From positions 124,001 to 188,000 of the forward strand of contig CBFFSA010000005.1 in NCBI GenBank assembly GCA_965644495.1: a stretch of DNA of 64,000 nucleotides, in the 5' to 3' direction. The DNA comes from Perkinsela sp. CCAP 1560/9 (lineage: Eukaryota > Protista > Euglenozoa: Kinetoplastea). The first letter of the stretch is position 1. The number at the start of each line of letters is the position of its first letter. The notes under the pieces were generated by a model. The model saw only the letters and a list, made by a program, of their open reading frames with translations. It was not told the DNA's origin and did not search any database. Made by a program: the position numbers and the translations under genes. Positions 1 through 9,570 of this stretch are shown here, in pieces.

Positions 1-989
1 CAGTTGGATACAGTGTCGGTCTGGATGACTACAGTTCCACGTGTGGACTCTGACTCGCTTTTATTATTACGTTTTGGATACGCCATACCTTTTGTAAGTG
101 TGGTATCCCTGCATCATAGATGATGCGTAAATTAGTGGAACCCTAAATGACCAGTGCCATTGAGTCGTAGTTACTCGTTTAGTGGAGGGTTTCTAGGTTT
201 TAATGGAGCGGCCTTTCCTAGAGTAGTTCCACTAGTAAGAGTAGTAAGAATGCTAATTCAGTATAGATTCCTAGTAATACAAGTAGAGACTAGTTGAAGT
301 AGTACAGTTCTGTATAGTTCTGGTGGTTTAAACGTGTGTATATGTGGGGTTGCCGTCCGAATAATTAACGTCTGAATAAATATTCTAAGAATGATGGTGT
401 GCTCGGCTTCATTCATTGAACCGCCGTGATAATGACGGGTTGGTGAACCCTCTCTGGGTAAGCCCAGATTAGGACTACCAACCCTCACAATATTGCCCTT
501 CTTTTATGGCCAAAACCTCTAGGTAAAGGGGATTAGAGGTAAAAATGACACAGACACTGTAAAGAAAAAGGATCCGTTGAATTTTCATCACCAATGTTTG
601 GTTGGTGCCAGGAGTTCTGTATATCGTCAGTAGAATACACTTTTTTAGATACGTCTTCCTCAACAACTTCCATGTTGGCATTGGCTTCCTTGTTGAGGGA
701 GACACTACTCCCTCGCTGCCCTATATTACCGCCTCCCTATTTACTACTGCGCTCATAAGTAATTTGTTGTGGTGGTTGTATAACTACCGCTCTACCCTCG
801 ATTATTGAAAAAGTGAACAAAAACAGTGAAAATATAAAGAGGAACTCAGTAATATATTCGAATAAAAAAATGTAAAAGGGGGCCCCGGTGGTCCAAAACT
901 GAAAAAAAAATAAAAAAATGGGGGGTCTAGGGGGGGTCCATGGGGGGGGGCATACGTCGCAAGTTTTTTTCGATTTTTTTGCTTTTCAA

Positions 990-1122
990 AATCGATCGCA
1001 GGGAAGTGGTAGAGTACGCCGCGGCGATGATTTTCCACCCCTCCCCACCTCGGGGTGATCCCCCCCTGGTACGCACAGGAGGGGTCCGATAAGGTGAAAT
1101 TTTCCGAAAATTTTGGGGTGAC
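990..1122 (-). repeat. Diverged inverted copy of 20776-20905, probably a subterminal fragment of a DNA transposon
   Basis: The reverse complement (gtcaccccaaaattttcggaaa...cggacccctcc.g.gcgtaccaggggg...atcgccgcgg..tactctaccacttccctgcg) aligns with 20776-20905. Confidence 0.8.
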
Positions 1123-1369
1123 CAAAAAGGGGGTATGAGGGCACTTCCCCTGAGTGGTCATCAAGGTGCCCGCGTGTCAAAACGGAAATCGTCGAAGGGA
1201 CACAGAATCATCGAAGGTGTTTTAATTTGCTTTGGGGAAGATTCTGACACTTTCTTCGGACTTGGCGGTGGTCAAAGCTGGAGGTATGAATTTTAGATAA
1301 AAAAATAGGTAAGGCTGAGTAGAAACGTGAATGAAAAAAGCGTCCGAGGATACGAATTTTCATTGCGCT

Positions 1370-1800
1370 ATGATCTGAAATTATTCGTTAACTTATATTT
1401 TCGAATCCGTAGGCTCGTTCTCACTGTCGCTTTTCTCAAAAATGATGGGAGACTTGCCGAAATGCTCCACAATGCCCTGGAGCATGTTGCGAAAGCGGTT
1501 TTGCCACGCTCATTATGGACCTCTCCGAATTTGACGCATTGAAGGGCGATGTTGCGCTAAAGGCCCTGGGCAGAAGCACAGAAATTATAATACTGGCGTC
1601 TAGTCCAGTCTTTTATAATTCGGTGGACACATTCCGCATGGTTAGCGTGGTAACCATGGAGCTCAACGAACTCTTTGGAATGGTTCACCGCAAAGTGACG
1701 ACAGAACTGTCCCATCCCCGAGTAACCACGCCACGCATCAGAGGCAACCAATGACCGCGCACTCTCCAAGTGCGGAAGTATGAAATTGCGTAAAGTTTGA
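1370..1800 (-). pseudogene. Merlin/IS1595-like transposase remnant (C-terminal part of the DDE domain)
   Basis: The minus frame reads QTLRNFILPHLESARSLVASDAWRGYSGMGQFCRHFAVNHSKEFVELHGYHANHAEC. This matches the IS1595/Merlin pattern TL..I...SD.W..Y..H..VNHS..FV...H.N..E. It is truncated and has in-frame stops. Confidence 0.8.
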
Positions 1801-1856
1801 TAAACCCTTTATCAATTACATCGATGCTTTAATTTTTAACTATTTCTGTCCCCTCC

Positions 1857-1913
1857 TGATACAGTACAGTAGTTTCATGATACAGTAATTTCATGATACA
1901 GTAATTTCATGAT
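1857..1913 (+). repeat. Short tandem repeat, unit of about 16 bp (tgatacagtaatttca), about 3 copies
   Basis: Directly visible in the sequence. Confidence 0.8.
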
Positions 1914-2058
1914 TTTTAAGCACCCCGTGCGTAACTTATTAAGTTAGGGGTTATCTATACTGATCTGCGATCATCAGATTTCCGGTGAATAAGGATGACT
2001 CTTCCTGATAAAAAATGTTTTAATATTTTAATTATGGAAACATCAGAATACACCTTGA

Positions 2059-5000
2059 ATGCATTCTAAGACACTTTTAGGAGAACCATTCTTTATATTT
2101 GCTTCCTACAAAGAACTGATGAAGTCGGTGCATCGCAGCGTCTATAAGTCGGGAATGACTGACGAATTACTCCAGAGATTTTGCGTCCAACACGGAATTG
2201 CTAAGCAGAAAAAATCTGCCGAAGTCGACGCGCCTAAGACGGAAATCAACAAAAGTGGTGGAGAAATTAAGAGTACGCAGCAAGTGCAGGGGTCGCAAAA
2301 GGAATGCAAAAACTTACTCGTGTCCACTGCTTACAGCGTTCCTCGTTCGCATTTCCTCGCACCATACGTTGTTGAACTCACTAGAACAAGAAAAGATGCG
2401 ATAAAACAATGCGGAATGTTTGTTCCATGTCGAAACTTAATGAAGGATGATGCAACCATGAGTATTTCGAAAACGAGTGAGCCTTCAAGCGAGGCATTTG
2501 CAAAGGAATCCTTTCTTGATAAAATGTTGTGCTTTCGCAAATTGAATTTGATGAGCGATATGGAAGAATTAAAATTGCAATTTGCAAAAAAGGTAAAAGT
2601 TTTAGAGAGCGATGAAAAGGACTGCGGTAAAGAAATACCTCTGTTGCTACCACTTACCGATGCTGATGCAATTGTCCAATTTTTGCTGAAGTGTAAAGTT
2701 CGCGACTTACTTCAAGTCCTGTATGCAAACGATACGACATCTGGAAAGGTGTGTACGTCATCGGTTCTGAAAACGGATAATGACCCGCCAACAGTTTCGT
2801 ACGTTTTGTTAGGAAGGAGTGTAAAATCAATTCTCTTTGATTATTTGCGAAAGCAGCGAGGTTATTCTTTACTAAAATTCTCGGAAAACGGGAACCAATT
2901 GGAAAAATGTGATACTGGAGTCAATTTCTGTGAAAAATCTGGGCAGTCTGGCTCTGAAAATGACGAATTCTTGAAGAAATACTGCTCGAAGTTTGGCATT
3001 AAAACATGCAATGTGACCACTGCCATGTCTCACACATTTACTCACTTCGGAAATCGCTATCAGAATTGGTGGCAGCATATCTGGGCCGTGGCTGATGTGC
3101 CGGTGGAAGTATATTTTGTCGAAGCAGTTTGCACGGTTCCACGCGTTAAAGGTAATGACACCGCTTCACCGAATTTACTGATACAGGGAAATCGATTGGC
3201 GCATGTGAGCACTAAAACTCATATTGTGGCACTTAACCTGCATACGTACGAGCGTACGAAAGCCATGTCAATGGCCGAATTTCCTCGCATGATTCGGTCT
3301 CGCACATCGCAGCCGATTCTTCTTGTAACCGCCGCATATAAAAGCTCATTGTGCAACACTCTCCGCCAATGTTGTGGGGTACGAGTCCAAGTTTTGGATG
3401 TATATGAGGACGCGACTGTTATGTTGTGTAGAAGTGCTGCCTCGGAGGAAGATATATTTTTTCAGGTTTTTGGCAACGAAATAAAGGAGTCAACTAGACA
3501 ACTTAACTGGGATGCGCTTCTTGAGCTGTTTGCATCCAAAGCATGTGACGGTACTGGTGGTTCTCTTCAACTTCTCAATAGAATCAAGGCCTACAGTTAC
3601 TGGAAAAGGGATGAACTGACGTATCTCAATAAATTAAAGAAAGGCAAGTCCTCTACAGATGCTGAAAGTAGTGAAGGGAAATGCATTGCCCAAACGTTCG
3701 GGGTCCAAACCATTGGAAAACAAGCGTTCTATCCTGCGGACTACGTTAATGTGCAACGATGGGATTCTGTTTGCCGTTCCACGCTGATGAGCCAAAAGCA
3801 CGAGGAATCGACCGTTCGAGATAAGTACTCAAAATATCTTATTTTGGATCTAGAAACCACAACACATAAAATGCATGGCCGTGTTGCGAATTGTTTCAGT
3901 GATAAGAATCGGGTCGTTTTACCTGGATTACTGGACTACAAAGGCATGCTTTCTATTCCATCCGGAGGATATCAAACGAGCGCAGAAATGCAGTTACCTG
4001 ATTTAGATCAGTTTACTGTCATCATCGGGCATAATATCAAGTTTGACCTTCTCTATTTGTGGAAACAGCCGGCCTTACAACAGTTTTTTGAACGTGGTGG
4101 AAAGGTATGGGACACGTTGTACGCGGAATATCTATTGACCGGGCAGAAAGTGCGCATTGGAAGGGGAGCGGGATTGGACGTCGTAGCTCCGATGTATGGA
4201 GGCACGCGAAAAATTGATCATGTAAAAGAAGCTTGGAAAAAAGGCCTTGACACATCGGATATACCTGTCGAGATTCTTGCAGAATATCTTGCTGGTGACC
4301 TAAAAAATACCGAAATACTTTTTGAAAACCAGATTAAGAAAGCAGTAGAAATGGGGTCATTGACCATGCTCCACGAACGCATGGACTTTTTGCTCGCAGC
4401 CTGCGAGGCGGAATACAATGGACTAATGACAGTCCCCATATTTCAAGCACCGGAAACGGATGCAGCGCCCGATGACACTCCCATAGAGGAATCATGTGAA
4501 AGAAATTCTAGCCCAACAGTTATAAAGGACGCCCCGACTAACAAAAAAGAAGATTTCTTTTCGTTCGGGGAATATACTCACGAGAACGGAGTGATTCGTC
4601 CAGAGTGTATTGCTGCCATGAGCTACTCTTCCAAGGTAATGATTGCACTCGGTCGTCCTTTTGGATTACAGAACGTACAACGTCTTGTTAAGCCGGAAAC
4701 ATTTTATGAAGTTACCATCACAAACCAAGCGCTCAAGTACACGGAGCACCACGCCACGTTTGATGCGGATTGCGATAGAAAGCTAGTATCACATTTTTGC
4801 ATATCTGGAAAGGCAGCAAGCGATTTAAAGAATGCCTCTGGATCTTTACTGCAGTTCGAATGGAAAAATTTGGAACAAATTTGTTTCGCATACCTTTTCG
4901 ATCTTATAAAGTGGGACGACAGTCAGGTACTCTGTACTACAGTCGATTCATCGAAAAGCAAAGAGGAATTATTTCGGCGAATGTGCAAATGCAGTGCTCA

Positions 5001-5664
5001 TATTTTGGATGAATCTATTCAAGTGAGCAATCAAATGTCTACGCCGGATAGCTGCTTTTTATATCAGGGAAGAGTGCTCCTCCCTTTTGGTGCACATGTT
5101 ACAGTGGAAGAAAATAAATTTTTTGCCAATCGTAATCTTACTTCCTCTATCGTCTCAAATTTTGATTTGTCTGCGCTTGCAACTGCTCCAGTGAGCTGCT
5201 TTGCAGCCGCCGTCGTTCAGAGTTCCTGCGCAAAAGTCTTTGCTCATCTGAAAAAGAATTATTCTGGGGATAGAAGCCTATTAGAAAATAGTACGTCGAA
5301 CACAGAAGACAAAGCATCCTACTTTTGGAAAAAGTTATTTCGGAAGAAAGAAAGCTGTAAAAGTAAAAGAGCACTTTTGGTTCTCGTCGGTCCAACCAGT
5401 TTATGGTTAGACGTCGACACCACGGACGATACCGAAGTGCGAGACGATTTAATACGAGAGGTCAGCAACCTTATGCAGAGTGCTCTACAAGACTATGTAA
5501 ATGCTTTTGTAGCGGCACCTGGGACGAAATGTGTAACGAATGAAAACAAAGTCCAAAATACACCCAAACTCGATGTGGAAGTCATATCAATTCCTTGTAA
5601 AGGAGTTTATCTTCAGCGAAAGACGAATTCAGGTGAAGAGCCGCTAATCAAAGAAACTTGTTAG
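2059..5664 (+). CDS. Kinetoplastid mitochondrial Pol I-like (family A) protein with intact 3'-5' exonuclease and degenerate polymerase domain
   Basis: ExoI ILDLETT, ExoII IGHNIKFDL, WDTLYAEYLL and ExoIII YLAGDL are present. Polymerase-region remnants are LVSHF...LLQFEWKNLEQ (motif A position), APVSCFAAAVVQ, and RALLVLVGPTSLWLD (motif C position). Confidence 0.85.
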   Translation: MHSKTLLGEPFFIFASYKELMKSVHRSVYKSGMTDELLQRFCVQHGIAKQKKSAEVDAPKTEINKSGGEIKSTQQVQGSQKECKNLLVSTAYSVPRSHFLAPYVVELTRTRKDAIKQCGMFVPCRNLMKDDATMSISKTSEPSSEAFAKESFLDKMLCFRKLNLMSDMEELKLQFAKKVKVLESDEKDCGKEIPLLLPLTDADAIVQFLLKCKVRDLLQVLYANDTTSGKVCTSSVLKTDNDPPTVSYVLLGRSVKSILFDYLRKQRGYSLLKFSENGNQLEKCDTGVNFCEKSGQSGSENDEFLKKYCSKFGIKTCNVTTAMSHTFTHFGNRYQNWWQHIWAVADVPVEVYFVEAVCTVPRVKGNDTASPNLLIQGNRLAHVSTKTHIVALNLHTYERTKAMSMAEFPRMIRSRTSQPILLVTAAYKSSLCNTLRQCCGVRVQVLDVYEDATVMLCRSAASEEDIFFQVFGNEIKESTRQLNWDALLELFASKACDGTGGSLQLLNRIKAYSYWKRDELTYLNKLKKGKSSTDAESSEGKCIAQTFGVQTIGKQAFYPADYVNVQRWDSVCRSTLMSQKHEESTVRDKYSKYLILDLETTTHKMHGRVANCFSDKNRVVLPGLLDYKGMLSIPSGGYQTSAEMQLPDLDQFTVIIGHNIKFDLLYLWKQPALQQFFERGGKVWDTLYAEYLLTGQKVRIGRGAGLDVVAPMYGGTRKIDHVKEAWKKGLDTSDIPVEILAEYLAGDLKNTEILFENQIKKAVEMGSLTMLHERMDFLLAACEAEYNGLMTVPIFQAPETDAAPDDTPIEESCERNSSPTVIKDAPTNKKEDFFSFGEYTHENGVIRPECIAAMSYSSKVMIALGRPFGLQNVQRLVKPETFYEVTITNQALKYTEHHATFDADCDRKLVSHFCISGKAASDLKNASGSLLQFEWKNLEQICFAYLFDLIKWDDSQVLCTTVDSSKSKEELFRRMCKCSAHILDESIQVSNQMSTPDSCFLYQGRVLLPFGAHVTVEENKFFANRNLTSSIVSNFDLSALATAPVSCFAAAVVQSSCAKVFAHLKKNYSGDRSLLENSTSNTEDKASYFWKKLFRKKESCKSKRALLVLVGPTSLWLDVDTTDDTEVRDDLIREVSNLMQSALQDYVNAFVAAPGTKCVTNENKVQNTPKLDVEVISIPCKGVYLQRKTNSGEEPLIKETC

Positions 5665-6073
5665 TGCCCTTCGAACAGTGAAGCGCCACACCTGAGAAAG
5701 CGAACCAAGCAGTTACACATTGGGGACTCCCGCTAATCTCTGATTGTTTATCCACTCCTTGATTTTTTGGAAATTTTATAATTGAAGAAGGAACTATTAT
5801 AGGTATCTTTTAATTTAGAGGGAGTTTACTAATTATAAAATCATCCCTTTCTAGTCACTAGACATCACGCAGGTTTTATACATGCATATTGATTCTTTAG
5901 CACTTTTAGAACGGCCTTGACACATGAGTCTTTTCCCCCAAATCGCCAGCTGCTGGGTTACGTTAGGTAGGAAGTTTAAGAAGTAAGTTTGAGTTGGTAT
6001 TTTCCGAAAAGAATCACATTTCGTCTTTGAGAGTTTTAAAACTTTGTTGTCTAATTTAAATGATTTTTATATC

Positions 6074-6868
6074 ATGAGTAGCCCTACTATCTTGTCGTAC
6101 TTGCACGAATTCAGTTCCCTTTCTGGGTTGAGCGTTTTGCTCTCCTGCGCAGTCGGACTGTCGGACAACAAGGAATGCTCAGAGCCCAGTGAGGTTGCTG
6201 TGGTTCTAGATAAAACATTGTTCTACCCGGGTGGGGGTGGTCAACCGTGTGATATTGGCATTCTGGAAGGACCAGACTGGAAAATTAAAGTAACGAGCGT
6301 ACGGTTTAATACACACCGTCAGGTGGTTCATCAAGGGAAAATAGATTACTCGTCTAATGATTCCTTGTCTTCGAAGGGGAACAATATGCCCGCAGTGGGA
6401 TGTTCCACACGCCAGCACGTTGATGCACAAACACGTGGACTTCATAGTCGCTTGCATACAGCGGGCCATATTTTAGACATTGCCTTACTGGATGTTTTGC
6501 ACCACAACGATAAAATGTCGGTTTATAAAGCGAATCACCACCCGGTTGGATCAGCAGTTGAATATTCGGGTACCCTACCTTCACTGGTTGGCAACAAGAC
6601 GGCCGCAAAGGAAACCAAATCGGCATTTATACGTGAGCTGGAGGATACGTGCAATGCGATTGTCGAACAAGACTGTCGTGTCCACCTTTCATTACAAACT
6701 TCATCCACTGATGGCAATCCCCTGCGACACATGTGGGTGGAAGGATACGACAGGAAAATACCTTGCGGCGGGACGCATATAAGCCATCTACGCGAAATAG
6801 GAAAAATGAGCATTCGAAAGATCGAAACAAAGAGTGGGGTGACGCGTGTAGCATATAGTGTGTCGTAA
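6074..6868 (+). CDS. AlaX-type trans-editing protein (free-standing alanyl-tRNA editing domain)
   Basis: LDKTLFYPGGGGQPCDIG, HTAGH (HxxxH) and PCGGTH (CxxxH) motifs. The first ATG is at 6074. Confidence 0.92.
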   Translation: MSSPTILSYLHEFSSLSGLSVLLSCAVGLSDNKECSEPSEVAVVLDKTLFYPGGGGQPCDIGILEGPDWKIKVTSVRFNTHRQVVHQGKIDYSSNDSLSSKGNNMPAVGCSTRQHVDAQTRGLHSRLHTAGHILDIALLDVLHHNDKMSVYKANHHPVGSAVEYSGTLPSLVGNKTAAKETKSAFIRELEDTCNAIVEQDCRVHLSLQTSSTDGNPLRHMWVEGYDRKIPCGGTHISHLREIGKMSIRKIETKSGVTRVAYSVS

Positions 6869-7007
6869 AAAAGGGGTGTATTCTTAGTGTGTGTTTCTTT
6901 GGTTTCACGCAAGAAATGCGTAACTGTGAGCCTTTAACAATAGGCAGTTGTCTTTTTTAAATTGCACGGAACTATACTTCTTCGAATTTATCGTTTGTTT
7001 TATTTGA

Positions 7008-7391
7008 ATGTGCGCCTCTCGCGTTGCAAATAACAATCAACCGGACGTCACATGGCAAGATCAGCAAAAGATTTGTCTCTTCGGAAGGCTCAACACTCGT
7101 CAACAGGAACTAAAAGAACTCATCCTGCAAAAACAAGATGACATTTCAAAGTTAGAAGACGCATCGGACGAAATCTTTATTGCAGACGAAGTGAAATGTG
7201 TGATAGGAGAGTGCTTTTACCCCACTGAGGTGGATCATGTTGAGAAGCTAATCTCTACGCGAAAATCCGAGCAGGCCGTCAGTCTTCAGAAAATGCAAGG
7301 GGAACTGCGAAACATAGAAGAGCGCATGAGGCGTCTAAAGTCAGAGTTAAAAATTCGTTTTGGTGATAGCATATACTTAGAAAACGATTAA
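7008..7391 (+). CDS. PFDN4: Prefoldin subunit 4 (GIM3)
   Basis: VTWQDQQKICLFGRLN, IGECFY and C-terminal RFGDSIYLE, with coiled-coil segments. Confidence 0.9.
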   Translation: MCASRVANNNQPDVTWQDQQKICLFGRLNTRQQELKELILQKQDDISKLEDASDEIFIADEVKCVIGECFYPTEVDHVEKLISTRKSEQAVSLQKMQGELRNIEERMRRLKSELKIRFGDSIYLEND

Positions 7392-7672
7392 ACTGTTTTC
7401 TAAATACGAGAGGACATTGGAAACGAATAATTTTGTGCGTTGCACTTAGGTAAACAGTTTAAAACTAATTTAAACTTAAACTAATTTAAAACTTCAGATC
7501 ACAAGCATGACTCAATTCACAGTTTCCAAATAGCAGAAATTTTACGTTGAAGCACAATATTGAATGATATGCGTATGTAGCTCTCATCCACGTGCTTACA
7601 ACGAACACGATGTACAATGTAAATTTATATGTATTTCACTCAAGTCATTTGTATTGGATCTCTTTCAACTTC

Positions 7673-8263
7673 ATGGCTCGAGGAGGAATGCCTTTTAGGG
7701 GTGGGAATGCGAACCAGTACGGTCGAGGCGGAGCCAGCGGAGGGTCTCGGGGGTATGGTGGAGGTTTCGCAGCGCGTGGGAGAGGAGGGCAAATGCAAAA
7801 CCGACGCGGCGGCTTTGCAGAACCCGATCCTCCAGAATATGTCGAGGAAGTCGCTGAATATATCCATGCATGTGAGGATAAGTTGCTTTTTGCTTACAAC
7901 AAGAAGCCGTATACGGTTCCTCGATTCAACGCCCTTGTGTACACTCGAAATAAAGTTAAAATGGGGCGTATCGACGACGTTCTTGGGACAACCTCCAAAA
8001 TCATGTTTTCTGTAATACCTGAGACAGGGGTAGAGGCGAAGAGTTTAGAAAAGGGGTTCGTCTTATGCATCAGTCCTTCACAGATCACTCCACTCAACCG
8101 CTTTACGGATCCACCGAAAACGTTTGCTCGACGGGGTCGCGGCGGAGGTCCTGGTGGCCCAGGTCGGGGTCGTGGCGGCCCGATGCGTTCAAGGGGAGGC
8201 GACTTTGGGAGGGGTCGCGCGGGAGGATTTTTAAGAGGGGGGTTTGTATCGAAAAGGTTTTAG
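7673..8263 (+). CDS. GAR1: H/ACA snoRNP subunit Gar1
   Basis: RGG-rich ends flank the core PPEYVEE..HACE..VPRFNALVY..KMGRIDDVLG. ATG at 7673. Confidence 0.95.
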   Translation: MARGGMPFRGGNANQYGRGGASGGSRGYGGGFAARGRGGQMQNRRGGFAEPDPPEYVEEVAEYIHACEDKLLFAYNKKPYTVPRFNALVYTRNKVKMGRIDDVLGTTSKIMFSVIPETGVEAKSLEKGFVLCISPSQITPLNRFTDPPKTFARRGRGGGPGGPGRGRGGPMRSRGGDFGRGRAGGFLRGGFVSKRF

Positions 8264-8585
8264 TACATGAATAGATTCTTGTTAAGCGTATGCTAATTTA
8301 ACTTAAGCATTGATACATGCAGTGTACTACATGTGTATACCGGAATATTTAACTGCTAAAATTAACAGTGGGACTATTATCAAACATTATGTGTGTGATT
8401 CTGCGTACCAATTTCAAAGTTTAGCTCGGCAATATGTGATTACGGTTGAAGTATGTATTGTTGAGGAACTTTCTGAACAAAACTCTTCGTGTAATGTTTC
8501 CTTTAAAAGAATTTACGCGAACTTGGCAAACTGTAAGTCAATCTATTTTCTTCTCGTTCTTTTCTTAGATTTTTTGTACGCATAA

Positions 8586-9389
8586 ATGTTGCAATCTACA
8601 CGTGTCGTTAACTGGATTTCTGCCTTCCAGCCTCGAATGAACGAACACAACTGCCACCTGCACAGTCCGTCTGCAATAACGCACGACGATGAATACGCAA
8701 AACGATATGCGCTTTGCCCGAGCCTCAGATTCTGGAATACATATCGATGCGTAGAGCAGGAAGAACAAACGAGAAAAAAGCGGGGTTTCTTTCATTTGCC
8801 GAAATTAGATTATCCTATTGAACGAGGAGTATCGCCCTTATTTAGCCCGACACAGTTGAAAATTCACTATCACCGATATCACAGAAAGATTGTGTCGGAA
8901 CTCAACGAGCACACACTAGGAACAATGTTTGAGGCTCAGCCTTTGGATGTTATCATTCGGAAAACTAACGCTGATGCCACACTTGCCACGTTGTTCCATG
9001 CCGCGACTCAACATTTTAATCACGCGTTCTTTTGGCGATGTATTACTCCTTTTGGGTCTACCATGTCACAGTCACTGCGGAACGCTCTGGTACTGCAGTA
9101 TGGAAGCTTAGATGATTTTCAGGCTCAATTTCTTCAACATGCCTTAAATATTCCAGGCAGCGGGTGGGTATTTCTAGTGTGGGCGGACTACAAATTTGAG
9201 CTCCTGTCACTTGTAGATCCCGGAAGCTCGCCAATTGCTATGGATTATATTCCGTTGCTTAACTTAGATATGTCAGAACACAGTTACTACATTGACTACG
9301 AAATGGATCCAGCAAAGTACGTACGAAATTTTTTTCGTTGTATCAATTGGAATATAGTAGATAAAAACTGGAACAGATGTGTGAAATAA
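8586..9389 (+). CDS. Fe/Mn superoxide dismutase-fold protein, probably non-catalytic and mitochondrial
   Basis: LPKLDY, HFNHAFFW, GSGWVFLV and PLLNLDMSEHSYYIDY are present. The conserved Tyr and His gateway residues and the Trp of DxWEH are replaced. Confidence 0.8.
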   Translation: MLQSTRVVNWISAFQPRMNEHNCHLHSPSAITHDDEYAKRYALCPSLRFWNTYRCVEQEEQTRKKRGFFHLPKLDYPIERGVSPLFSPTQLKIHYHRYHRKIVSELNEHTLGTMFEAQPLDVIIRKTNADATLATLFHAATQHFNHAFFWRCITPFGSTMSQSLRNALVLQYGSLDDFQAQFLQHALNIPGSGWVFLVWADYKFELLSLVDPGSSPIAMDYIPLLNLDMSEHSYYIDYEMDPAKYVRNFFRCINWNIVDKNWNRCVK

Positions 9390-9570
9390 TCGAAATTGTA
9401 AACTAGAGGAAACTACTGATGGAAACTAGAGGTACGCATCTCGCTAAACTAGTCGTACCTGCTTAAGATTGTCCCATCTGCGTTCATAGTGTTACTAATT
9501 TTATGTACTCAATAATACATATGGGCTAATATATAGTTACCTTATACGAACCCCTTACGTGCTATGATGA

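Noticed and set aside
1-800. Short minus-strand ORFs at the window start
   Set aside because: They are fragmented with no recognisable motif. They may be decayed TE sequence, but I cannot support a call.
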